Assembly: GCA_965369625.1 (NCBI GenBank)
Contig: CBDUQW010000003.1
Span: 9,883-73,882, forward strand
Direction of reading: 5' to 3'
Source of the DNA: an uncultured Thermoplasmata archaeon
GTDB taxonomy: Archaea > Thermoplasmatota > DTKX01 > GCA-020343715
Length of the DNA stretch: 64,000 nucleotides
Part shown: in pieces, positions 54,109 through 62,371 of the stretch
How the letters are laid out: each line of letters starts with the position of its first letter
Numbering within the stretch: position 1 is the first letter of the stretch
The notes under the pieces: generated by a model
What the model was told of the DNA's origin: nothing
Databases searched by the model: none
The model's input: the letters and a program-made list of their open reading frames with translations, nothing else
Translations under genes and position numbers: made by a program

Positions 54109-55436
54109 ACAACGTTGACGATGACGTGCTGATAATCGGCGCTGGGATCGCCGGCATCCAGGCCTCGTTGGACCTGGCCACGGCTGGGATCCAGGTCAGA
54201 TTGGTGGAGAAGGAGCCCAGCATCGGAGGCCGCATGGCTCAACTCGACAAGACGTTCCCCACCAACGACTGTTCCATCTGCATCCTGGCGCCCAAGATGC
54301 TCGAGTGCTTCGACCACGAGAACATCGACGTGATGACCTACTCCGAGGTGAAATCAGTGAGGGGCGAGGTCGGGAACTTCACCGTGGAGGTGCTGAAGAA
54401 GCCCAGATACGTGGACGCCGAGAGGTGCACAGGCTGCGGTGCGTGCATGGAGAAGTGTCCAACGAAGGTGCCGGACGAGTTCGACATGAACCTGCGCATG
54501 CGGAAGGCCATATACTTTCCCTTCGCCCAGGCAGTGCCCCGGATAGCTACCATCGACGAGGAGAACTGCCTCTACTTCAAGACGGGCAAGTGCAAGATAT
54601 GCGAGAAGGTCTGCCAGGCCAAGGCCATCGACCACGATATGAAGCCCGAGGTGGTGACCCTCAAGGTGGGCGTCATCATCGTTGCCTCGGGGTTCGAGAC
54701 CTACATGCCTCACGAGCTGGAGGAGTACGGGTACGACCGGTTCGCCAACGTGGTCACGGCGATGGAGTTCGAGCGGATCATCAATGCGGCAGGTCCCACG
54801 GGCGGGCACCTGCAGCGGCTCTCGGAGGACCACGAAAGGCCCAGGAGGCTAGCGTTCATCCAGTGCGTCGGCTCACGCGATACCCGTGTCAAGAGGCCCT
54901 ACTGCTGCGCTGTGTGCTGCATGTACTCCACCAAGGAGGCGATGCTTGCGAGGGAGCATTACTCTGATATAGAGTCCACCATTTTCTACACGGACATCAG
55001 GGCATTCGGGAAGGGGTTCACGGAGTACATCGAACGCGCCAAGAGGGAGTACGGGGTCAAGTACATCCGTGCCAAGCCTGGCGAGATCAGGGAGGAAAGG
55101 GACACCAAGAACCTGGCCATCTACTACCGGGACCCGGACACGCAGCACATCGAGGCCTTCGAGGCGGATTTCGTGGTGCTCGCCACCGCCCTAATACCCC
55201 GTAAGGGCGTGGAGGACCTCGCCAAGGTCCTGGGCGTGGAGCTGGACGAGTTCAACTTCTTCAGATCGCCGGACCCGGACGTCTTTCCGATGGAGACCAC
55301 GGTGAGAGGGATCTTCTCGGCGGGGTACTGTCAGAAACCGATGGACATACCCGAGGCGGTGGCCGAGGGCAGCGCGGCGGCCGCAAGGGCGATCGAGACG
55401 ATGAGCATGCAGGTGAACGGGGGTGAGACCGCATGA
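54105..55436 (+). CDS. Split long HdrA, part a: FAD module A with inserted ferredoxin (L5a, 443 aa)
   Basis: An ATGA overlap joins it to D5. It has IIGAGIAGIQASL, GGRMAQLDKTFPTNDCSIC, CTGCGACMEKCP, CKICEKVCQ and FIQCVGSRD..YCCAVCCMY. It ends where module A ends in L1-L4. Confidence 0.88.
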   Translation: MNNVDDDVLIIGAGIAGIQASLDLATAGIQVRLVEKEPSIGGRMAQLDKTFPTNDCSICILAPKMLECFDHENIDVMTYSEVKSVRGEVGNFTVEVLKKPRYVDAERCTGCGACMEKCPTKVPDEFDMNLRMRKAIYFPFAQAVPRIATIDEENCLYFKTGKCKICEKVCQAKAIDHDMKPEVVTLKVGVIIVASGFETYMPHELEEYGYDRFANVVTAMEFERIINAAGPTGGHLQRLSEDHERPRRLAFIQCVGSRDTRVKRPYCCAVCCMYSTKEAMLAREHYSDIESTIFYTDIRAFGKGFTEYIERAKREYGVKYIRAKPGEIREERDTKNLAIYYRDPDTQHIEAFEADFVVLATALIPRKGVEDLAKVLGVELDEFNFFRSPDPDVFPMETTVRGIFSAGYCQKPMDIPEAVAEGSAAAARAIETMSMQVNGGETA

Positions 55437-57169
55437 GCGATGCGGGGTCGGCCGATCCAGGGTCCGAACCGAGGATAGGCGTGTTCGTCTGCCATTGCGG
55501 GACGAACATCGGGGGCGTCGTCGACGTCCCAGCGGTGGTGGAGTACACAAAAGGCCTACAACACGTCGTACACGCGGAGGGTAACCTCTATACCTGTGCT
55601 TCGGACGGCATCGCCGCCATCCAACATGCGATCAAGGAGCACGACCTCAACAGGGTCGTCGTGGCGTCGTGCACGCCACGGACCCACTCGACGCTGTTCA
55701 TGAGGGCGTGCGCCGATGCGGGCCTCAACCCCTACCTCTTCGAGTTCGTCAACATCCGGGACCAGTGCTCCTGGGTCCACATGCGCGAACCGGAGAAGGC
55801 CACCGAGAAGGCCAAGGACCTGGTGAGGATGGGGGTGGCCAAGGCGGCTCTGCTGGAGCCCCTGGAGAAGATAGAGATCTCCATGGAGCCGGTGACGTTG
55901 GTGATCGGCGGGGGCGTGGCAGGGCTCAAGGCAGCAAGCGTCATCGGGAACAGCGGGTTCGAGGTCTACCTGGTGGAGAAGGAGGCCGAGCTCGGTGGGA
56001 TGGTCAGGAGCTTCTATCGCGTCTACCCGTCCAACAGGTTGGCCTCGGAATTCCTCGAACCCATCATCAGGTCCGTGGAGGAGAACGACAACGTCCATGT
56101 CCTCACCTCCACCATGGTCAAGGATGTCAAGGGTTACGTGGGCAACTTCGAGGTGACGGTCGCTACATCGGGCAATCGAGGTGAAACGACGTTCAAGGTC
56201 GGCACGATCATCGTCGCCACGGGCGCTGAGGTGCTCAGACCCGACGGCCTATACGGTTACGGGGAGTACACCAAGGTGATGAACCAGATGGAGCTCGACC
56301 ATTACATCAGCAAGGGCGACATCCAGGACCTGCAAAGCGTTGTGATGATCCAGTGCTGTGGTACCAGGGACGAGAATAGGCTGACCTATTGCTCCAGGGT
56401 CTGCTGTATGGCCGCGCTCAAGAACGCGTTGGCGATCAAGGAGATGGACCCGACCTCGGACGTGACCATACTTTACAGGGATGTCCAGACCCAAGGGATC
56501 CGTTACGAGGCGCTCTACAGGGCAGCGAGGCAGGCCAGGGTACGGTTCATCAGATACAGTCCGGCAAGGGAACCCAAGGTGGAGGCAGTGACATCCCCCG
56601 ACGGCATGTTGAGGGTCGATTTCTTCGATGAGCTGATAGGTCGCCAGTCCAGCATCGAGTGCGATCGCGTCGTGCTGTCCTCTCCCCTCGTCCCGCACCA
56701 CGACAGTCTGGACCTGTCGAAGATCCTGCGGGTGCCGAGGGGCAAGGACAAGTTCTTCTTCGAGGCGCACGTGAAGCTGAGGCCTGTAGACTTCGCCACG
56801 GACGGTATATTCCTCTGCGGCACCGCGCATGGGCCAAAGGACATCACCGACTCCATCATCCAGGCACTGGGTGCGGCGGGGCGTGCCCTTGCTCTCCTCA
56901 GGAACGAACGGATAGAGGGCGAACCCATCGTGTCCATCGTAGACGAGAGCCTCTGCACCGGTTGTGGCACGTGCATCGAACTATGCCCCTATGGAGCGAT
57001 AGAGCGGACAGAGGATGACAAGGCGAGGGTGGTCGAGGCGCTCTGCAAGGGGTGCGGCGTCTGCACCTCCAGCTGCCCAGAGTTCGCGATCAACCTCCAG
57101 GGCTTCACCAACGAACAGATCCTTGCCCAGATGCGTTCCGCGCTGCAGGATGTCCCAGAAGCGAATTAG
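55433..57169 (+). CDS. Split long HdrA, part b: cluster domain, FAD module B and C-terminal ferredoxin (L5b, 578 aa)
   Basis: An ATGA overlap joins it to L5a. It has IGVFVCHCGTNIGGVVD..VVASCTPRTHSTLF..NIRDQCSW, VIGGGVAGLKAAS, MIQCCGTRD..YCSRVCCM, CTGCGTCIELCP and CKGCGVCTSSCP. Confidence 0.88.
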   Translation: MSDAGSADPGSEPRIGVFVCHCGTNIGGVVDVPAVVEYTKGLQHVVHAEGNLYTCASDGIAAIQHAIKEHDLNRVVVASCTPRTHSTLFMRACADAGLNPYLFEFVNIRDQCSWVHMREPEKATEKAKDLVRMGVAKAALLEPLEKIEISMEPVTLVIGGGVAGLKAASVIGNSGFEVYLVEKEAELGGMVRSFYRVYPSNRLASEFLEPIIRSVEENDNVHVLTSTMVKDVKGYVGNFEVTVATSGNRGETTFKVGTIIVATGAEVLRPDGLYGYGEYTKVMNQMELDHYISKGDIQDLQSVVMIQCCGTRDENRLTYCSRVCCMAALKNALAIKEMDPTSDVTILYRDVQTQGIRYEALYRAARQARVRFIRYSPAREPKVEAVTSPDGMLRVDFFDELIGRQSSIECDRVVLSSPLVPHHDSLDLSKILRVPRGKDKFFFEAHVKLRPVDFATDGIFLCGTAHGPKDITDSIIQALGAAGRALALLRNERIEGEPIVSIVDESLCTGCGTCIELCPYGAIERTEDDKARVVEALCKGCGVCTSSCPEFAINLQGFTNEQILAQMRSALQDVPEAN

Positions 57170-57332
57170 GACGACACACCCGGCAGCAAGGCCTGTTGTT
57201 ATGTTGTCATCGCCACGGCTCGTGAAACGGTCGTTCCCATCGCAGGCGATCGGTCGCTGCATATCCTCGAGGGATGGAGGTAGCGAACCTCCCAACCCTG
57301 TAAGCACCCTAGCATCGAGCGCCATCACCCCC

Positions 57333-58088
57333 TCATATGAGGAAGGTCTTGACCAGAACGAAGGCGCCCAACGCGATGGTCAGCAGACCCACGAACCGGA
57401 GGGCGAGCCTGGGGTCCATCGATCTCGTTCCCAGGGGACCCAATGGGGTCGCGGCCACCGCACCCAACGTCAGCACTATGGGCAGCCAGGGGTCTATCCC
57501 CTCTCCCCATGCGAGGTACAGGATGAAGCTGGTGATGCAGATGGGTCCCTCAGCCAGGGTGGTTATGCCGATGGACCGTTTGACATCGACACCCGATATT
57601 ATCTGACCGCACGTGACGACCGGTCCGAACCCACCGCCCGACATCGACTTGTTGAACGCGCTCAGAGCTCCTATTCCGACCAGCCTTCGCCACGAGAAGG
57701 CGAAGGTCCTGCAAGTGAGGATTATCACCCCCATGGTCATGACGAGCACGCCGATGTACGTCTTGAGGGCCCACGTCGGGAGGTTGAGGGCCACGGTGAC
57801 CCCCAAGAACACGGCGACGAGACCCACCCCAATGATGAGCAGGGCGATACGTCGGTCCCTGCCGTCGCTCTTGATGTCCATGTTCTTGAACCGCTGGTGG
57901 AACATGGCGGCAGAGAGACCTGCGATCGCCTGGGACAACAGGATGGACGGGACGACCTGGAGAGGGTCCATGCCCATTATGATGAGCAAAGGTGCCAGTA
58001 TCGTACCGTAGCCCATACCCAGGGAGCTGTCCATGTACTCACAGCCGAAGGCCAGGAGGAGGAGGATTAAGGCAGCGATGATTTCCAA
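57333..58088 (-). CDS. TauE/SafE (TSUP) family anion exporter/permease
   Basis: It is a 251-aa polytopic protein with the internal duplication and glycine-rich motif (SGGGFGPVV) typical of the family. Confidence 0.8.
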   Translation of the reverse strand: MEIIAALILLLLAFGCEYMDSSLGMGYGTILAPLLIIMGMDPLQVVPSILLSQAIAGLSAAMFHQRFKNMDIKSDGRDRRIALLIIGVGLVAVFLGVTVALNLPTWALKTYIGVLVMTMGVIILTCRTFAFSWRRLVGIGALSAFNKSMSGGGFGPVVTCGQIISGVDVKRSIGITTLAEGPICITSFILYLAWGEGIDPWLPIVLTLGAVAATPLGPLGTRSMDPRLALRFVGLLTIALGAFVLVKTFLI

Positions 58089-58089
58089 G

Positions 58090-58287
58090 CTATCGCCTGT
58101 TCCCTACGTGGTTGATGATGATCCTGCCATCCTTGAACAGGACCCACCTCAACCGATCCCCGTCCTTCATGCCCAGTGCCTCCACGATGCTCTTGGGCAC
58201 CGTGGTCCGTCTCCTAGAACCTCGGACCGTGAGGGACGTTTCGGAGACATATGCTATATCATCGAGGTCGACTTGCATGGGGGGCAC
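58090..58287 (-). CDS. AbrB/SpoVT (MazE-like) swapped-hairpin DNA-binding protein
   Basis: RRRTTVPKSIVEALGMKDGDRLRWVLFKDGRIII matches the SpoVT-AbrB pattern. There is a 1-nt gap to the tauE-like gene. Confidence 0.7.
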   Translation of the reverse strand: MPPMQVDLDDIAYVSETSLTVRGSRRRTTVPKSIVEALGMKDGDRLRWVLFKDGRIIINHVGNRR

Positions 58288-58306
58288 CCTCTCCTATTAG
58301 TGCACT

Positions 58307-58320
58307 AATTATATATAATT
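58307..58320. promoter_or_regulatory. Palindromic TATA element AATTATATATAATT (candidate bidirectional promoter)
   Basis: It is a perfect 14-bp palindrome. Its centre lies about 26 nt from the abrB-like start codon, which implies a leaderless transcript on the minus strand. Confidence 0.45.
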
Positions 58321-58456
58321 ATTTGGTGTGAATCCAATGTATTATGGTGTACATATGGTGCCACGGCCGGGGGTGGCGGGGCTGGGGGTCAACATCGTCG
58401 CCGTGCCATCACCTGGAGGATGGCCATCTTGGGAAAGTTTCAATACCGGGGGTGGC

Positions 58457-58963
58457 ATGTCGAGACCGAACATCATGCGAGTGCTGCTGCTGGTCCTGGG
58501 CAACCCCATCCTCTGCGACGACGGCGTCGCCTTCCACGTGCTCGAGCACATGCGCCACCGGTTGCCCGGGTCGGAGGACCTGGCCATCGAGGAGGCCTGC
58601 ACGGGGGGCATGGACCTCCTCGTCTACATGCTCGACTTCGACCGCGTCCTCATCATCGACGCCGTCAAGACCAGACGTGAGCCCCCGGGCCACGTGGCCG
58701 TCTTCCGCGTGGAGGACCTGGAGGACTCCATCCACGTCGACTCCCCCCACCACACCAACTTCGCCACCGCCATCGAGCTGGGCAGGATGGTGCACCCGAC
58801 CAGGATGCCCGAGGAGATCGCCATCGTGGGCATCGAGGTGGACAACATCATGGACTTCACCGAGGAGATGACGCCCCCCGTCGAGGCGGCGGTGCCAGGA
58901 GCCGCTGAGATGGCGATGGGCATCCTCAGGGAGTGGGGCGTCCCCCTGTCCACCGATGACTGA
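58457..58963 (+). CDS. [NiFe] hydrogenase maturation endopeptidase (HycI/FrhD/HyaD family)
   Basis: It has VLGNPILCDDGVAFHV (the GNxLxxDDG motif), LIIDAV and SPHH. ATG 58457 or ATG 58475 is the likely start. The track ORF start at 58328 adds an atypical 43-aa extension. Confidence 0.85.
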   Translation: MSRPNIMRVLLLVLGNPILCDDGVAFHVLEHMRHRLPGSEDLAIEEACTGGMDLLVYMLDFDRVLIIDAVKTRREPPGHVAVFRVEDLEDSIHVDSPHHTNFATAIELGRMVHPTRMPEEIAIVGIEVDNIMDFTEEMTPPVEAAVPGAAEMAMGILREWGVPLSTDD

Positions 58964-58965
58964 CC

Positions 58966-59376
58966 TCACCCTACCGAAGCATCGTTGGGACGTGTCAACC
59001 ATGACAACACCACAAGGGCGAGCCCTGCGTATCCTATACCAGCTATCGCGAAGGTCCTCCAGGGCTGACCCAGCCCGTGGAATACCCACAGGATCGTCAC
59101 GAAGGCGACCGCAACGAGGGCCAACACCCACCACTTCCTCTCTCGATCGAGAATTACCATTGCGAACGCGAGATTGGCAAAGAAATTGAGGGCGATGAAG
59201 AAGATAGCTCCGAAGATGTAGCTGGGGGTGTACAGGTCGACATTTATACCCAGGTCTATCAGGATGTAGATCATGACCAAGGTGATGGTCAAGGAGAAGG
59301 TCACCCCTCCGAAGAAGAGCATGTTGTCAAGACCCTCTTCTGGACCAGTATCCTCTCCCTCACCCTGGGCAGACAT
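58966..59376 (-). CDS. Small polytopic membrane protein (136 aa, 3-4 TM); function unknown
   Basis: Only the distal part of track ORF 58966-60048 is plausible. ATG is at 59376. The hydrophobic segments are FFGGVTFSLTITLVMIYILI, IFGAIFFIALNFFANLAFAMVIL, WWVLALVAVAFVTILWVF and FAIAGIGYAGLALVVLSWL. The rest of the ORF is antisense to hypE. Confidence 0.55.
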   Translation of the reverse strand: MSAQGEGEDTGPEEGLDNMLFFGGVTFSLTITLVMIYILIDLGINVDLYTPSYIFGAIFFIALNFFANLAFAMVILDRERKWWVLALVAVAFVTILWVFHGLGQPWRTFAIAGIGYAGLALVVLSWLTRPNDASVG

Positions 59377-59463
59377 CGTCCTCGACTGTGATAACCAACG
59401 GTCAGATATCCTTTTTCCGCCTTGGCACAACAGTTTTATCGCATCGGGGCGGTTCACGGGTCT

Positions 59464-60525
59464 GTGACGGAAGAAAAGCTGGTCAGCATGGCCGACGGGG
59501 CAGGCGGCGAGAGGATGCAGGCCCTCATCTCCAAGGTGATACTGGAGAACCTGCCCTTCTCCCGTGGTGCGGGGGAGGTCCCGCTGGAGAGCCTGGACGA
59601 CGGAGCCGTCGTCGGCGACGTGGTAATCTCCACCGACATGCACACGGTGAAGCCGATATTCTTCCCCGGGGGTGACATCGGTGTCCTCTCGGTGGCGGGT
59701 ACCGTCAACGACGTCGCATCCATGGGCGCCAAGCCCATTGCGCTGTCCATCGCCTTCGTGGTCGAGGAGGGCTTCCCCGTCGAGGACCTGGCCAGGCTCA
59801 CCGCCAGCGCGGACGCCACGGCCAGGGAGGCCGGCGTGCCCATTGTCACAGGCGATACCAAGGTGGTCGAGAGGGGCGCTGCGGAGGGGCTGTTCGCCTG
59901 CACCACTGGCATGGGTTTCCGGACCCACGCCATCGACCACAACAATCGCGTCGTCGAGGACCATGTAGGCAAGCCCCAACGCTGGCTGCTGGACAGCCAG
60001 GTCACGCCTGGCGCCGCCATCATCCTCTCGGGGTACGTGGGCGACCACGGCCTCGCCGTACTGGCCCTACGGGAGGGCTACGGCTTCGACACCGAGGTGG
60101 TGTCCGACGTGGGGCCCATCAACCACCTGGTCGACGCCGCCATGAACGTGGGCGGTGTCCTGGCTGCCAAGGACCCCACCCGGGGCGGCATCGCTAACGC
60201 CCTGAACGAGTGGGCCGACAAGAGCGGTGTGGGCATCCTCGTGAGCGAGGACGACATCCCCATCCGACCCGCCGTCCTCCACGGCTGCGAGCTCCTGGGC
60301 ATCGACCCCTACGAGATAGGCAACGAGGGCAAGATACTCCTGGCCGTCGTCCCGGACCGGGCCCAGTCCATCGTCGACGCGCTTCACGGCCTTCCCAGGG
60401 GTGGCGAGGCAACGATCATCGGTCATGCCACAGAGGAGGTGGATGGGGTCGTCCTCGAGACCTCTGTTGGCGGCAGACGCATCGTCGAGCCCCCTGTATC
60501 CGATCCTATTCCCAGGATCTGCTGA
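59464..60525 (+). CDS. hypE: Hydrogenase maturation protein HypE (carbamoyl dehydratase)
   Basis: It has the AIR-synthase-like fold motifs and ends in the family-specific PRIC. I chose GTG 59464 so the N-terminus aligns with the usual short leader before the glycine-rich motif (here ADGAGGE). The track start is 59422. Confidence 0.88.
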   Translation: MTEEKLVSMADGAGGERMQALISKVILENLPFSRGAGEVPLESLDDGAVVGDVVISTDMHTVKPIFFPGGDIGVLSVAGTVNDVASMGAKPIALSIAFVVEEGFPVEDLARLTASADATAREAGVPIVTGDTKVVERGAAEGLFACTTGMGFRTHAIDHNNRVVEDHVGKPQRWLLDSQVTPGAAIILSGYVGDHGLAVLALREGYGFDTEVVSDVGPINHLVDAAMNVGGVLAAKDPTRGGIANALNEWADKSGVGILVSEDDIPIRPAVLHGCELLGIDPYEIGNEGKILLAVVPDRAQSIVDALHGLPRGGEATIIGHATEEVDGVVLETSVGGRRIVEPPVSDPIPRIC

Positions 60526-60543
60526 ACGGACCTGTCGGAACCA

Positions 60544-61665
60544 TCAGTGCATCTTACCGTACTTCAGCGCGATGGTGCAACCACCCTCTCGGGACACCAT
60601 GCAGGGCCCCACCGGTGTCGCGGGCTTGCAGGCGTTCCCGAAAAGGGGGCACTCGTTGGGCTCCAGCACGCCCCGTAGGACCTCGCCACACCTGCATCCC
60701 GGTGGCTCCTTGAAGTCCTGGTTCCACACGATCTCCAGCAGGTCCTCGTTCGACTTCCTTGCGTCATGAGTGACGTATTCCTCTCGTATCCCCATGGCGC
60801 TGTCGGGGATGAGGCCGAAGCCCCGCCACTTCTCCGACCGGGGCTCGAAGACCATGTCCATGGCGTCCTGGGCTGGGACGTTGCCCTCCTCGCGAACGAC
60901 CCGGGAGTACTCGTTCTCCACCTCCGTCCTGCCCTCGGCCCGCTGCCGGGTCAACATGTAGACCCCCATCAGCAGGTCCAGCGGTTCGAAGCCCGCCACC
61001 ACCTGGGGGATGCCCCACTGCTCGGCGATGGGTTCGTAGGGGCGGGTCCCGATGATGGTGCTCACGTGCCCGGGCTCTATGAGGCCGTCCAGCCTCACCT
61101 CGCCGAGGGACAGGACCGCCTCGAGGGCGGGGGGCAGCAGCCTGTGCATGGACAGGACGGTGAAGTTGTCCACCTGGTCCCGGTCGGCCATCTGGATGGC
61201 CACCGCGGTGGAGGGAGCGGTGGTCTCGAAACCGATGCCGATGTACACCACCTCCTTGTTCACGTGCTCCTTGGCGTACGAGAGCGCATCCTCCACCGAG
61301 TATACTATCCTCAGGTCCACCTCGCCCCTGGCCTTGAGGTCCATGAGGGTACCCGAGGGTCCCGGGATGCGCATGAAGTCGCCGAAGACGGCGATGGTCC
61401 TCCCTCCACGGGCCAGGGCGAAGACCTCCTCGGTCTCACCGGGTGATGTGACGCAGACGGGGCAGCCGGGCCCCTGACGTATCTCGACCCCCACCTCGGC
61501 CAGGCTCTGCTCCAGACCGAACCTGACCAGGGTGTCCTGGTGGGTCCCGCAGACGTGCATGTACCTTCCAGGCCGGTCGAGGTCCTTGATCCCCTTGAGT
61601 ATCCTGTCCGCCATCTCCCGGTCACGGAACCGGAAGAGACCGCTCTCGATGCTCTGCTCCCCCAT
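60544..61665 (-). CDS. hypD: Hydrogenase maturation protein HypD
   Basis: It has GPGCPVCVT, GFETTAP, and C-terminal PGCRCGEVL and CPLFG motifs. Confidence 0.9.
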   Translation of the reverse strand: MGEQSIESGLFRFRDREMADRILKGIKDLDRPGRYMHVCGTHQDTLVRFGLEQSLAEVGVEIRQGPGCPVCVTSPGETEEVFALARGGRTIAVFGDFMRIPGPSGTLMDLKARGEVDLRIVYSVEDALSYAKEHVNKEVVYIGIGFETTAPSTAVAIQMADRDQVDNFTVLSMHRLLPPALEAVLSLGEVRLDGLIEPGHVSTIIGTRPYEPIAEQWGIPQVVAGFEPLDLLMGVYMLTRQRAEGRTEVENEYSRVVREEGNVPAQDAMDMVFEPRSEKWRGFGLIPDSAMGIREEYVTHDARKSNEDLLEIVWNQDFKEPPGCRCGEVLRGVLEPNECPLFGNACKPATPVGPCMVSREGGCTIALKYGKMH

Positions 61666-61668
61666 GGC

Positions 61669-62082
61669 CTATTCCCCCTGTGCTCCTGCCACTTCAACAT
61701 CCTCGGGGACCTGCAGACGGATGTCCCGGATGATAAGGTCCCGTCCCTCGGTCACCTCGACTAGCTCGCCGCATTGGGGACAGTCGAGGACGGGAGTCGT
61801 GAAATGGCTGTCGGGAAAGTCCACGATCTTGAGAGGGCCGGTGTACCCGCACGCGGCACAGTTGCCCCTGCCGTGCAACCTCTCGAGGGTCAGCTCCGCA
61901 CCCTCCAGGGGCGGCCCGATGTTCCTCTGGTATATCTCCCACGCGAACTCCAGCTGGTCGAACTCGAGGAACGTGAGCTCTCCCACCTGGAGCAGGACGG
62001 ACTCCACCTGGAGCGCCTCCTTCTCCCTCGCCAGGTCTACTATCGACTCCGCGACCTGGCTCATCACCGAGAGCTCGTGCAA
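61669..62082 (-). CDS. hypA: Hydrogenase nickel-insertion protein HypA
   Basis: Zn-site CxxC pairs are present (CAACG ... CPQCG). A TTG start at 62082 yields the conserved N-terminal M-H-E-L Ni-binding motif. The upstream ATG at 62109 would bury that motif. The track ORF (to 62523) is a run-on. Confidence 0.8.
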   Translation of the reverse strand: MHELSVMSQVAESIVDLAREKEALQVESVLLQVGELTFLEFDQLEFAWEIYQRNIGPPLEGAELTLERLHGRGNCAACGYTGPLKIVDFPDSHFTTPVLDCPQCGELVEVTEGRDLIIRDIRLQVPEDVEVAGAQGE

Positions 62083-62089
62083 GGGCGCC

Positions 62090-62332
62090 TCACGCTCCTT
62101 CCTCGGCATCCAGCTTGTCCTGGAACTCGAGGAACTCCCGCCAGGTCTCGAGGGATTCCATCGCCTCCTTCTCATCCATAACGGAGATGGCGAAGCCCGC
62201 GTGGACGATGACGTACTGCCCTGGCTCGACCCTGACCAGTGCGACATTGACGGCGCGGCTGGCGCCCCCGAAGTCCACCTGGGCCGTGTTGCCATCCACG
62301 GAGATGACCTTTGCTGGCACCGCGAGGCACAT
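62090..62332 (-). CDS. hypC: Hydrogenase maturation chaperone HypC
   Basis: It has the N-terminal MCLAVPAKV (essential Cys2) and is 80 aa long. Confidence 0.9.
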   Translation of the reverse strand: MCLAVPAKVISVDGNTAQVDFGGASRAVNVALVRVEPGQYVIVHAGFAISVMDEKEAMESLETWREFLEFQDKLDAEEGA

Positions 62333-62371
62333 GTGCCAGGCATACCCGACGCCTCATAAATAGGTTGTCCC

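Noticed and set aside
27718-57169. Possible selenocysteine (in-frame TGA) in the HdrA, MvhD or MvhA paralogues, as occurs in some methanogens.
   Set aside because: All paralogues are uninterrupted ORFs with Cys at the relevant conserved positions, so no read-through is needed.
57276-57292. The hairpin GGAGGT-AGCGA-ACCTCC in the convergent spacer between L5b and the tauE-like gene, considered as a possible terminator.
   Set aside because: The stem is only 6 bp and has no adjacent oligo-T tract. Archaeal termination usually relies on T-runs, so the evidence is insufficient.
59377-60048. The upstream two-thirds of the 360-aa minus-strand ORF 58966-60048.
   Set aside because: It is antisense to the well-supported hypE gene. 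Only the distal 136 codons (58966-59376) encode a convincing hydrophobic membrane protein.
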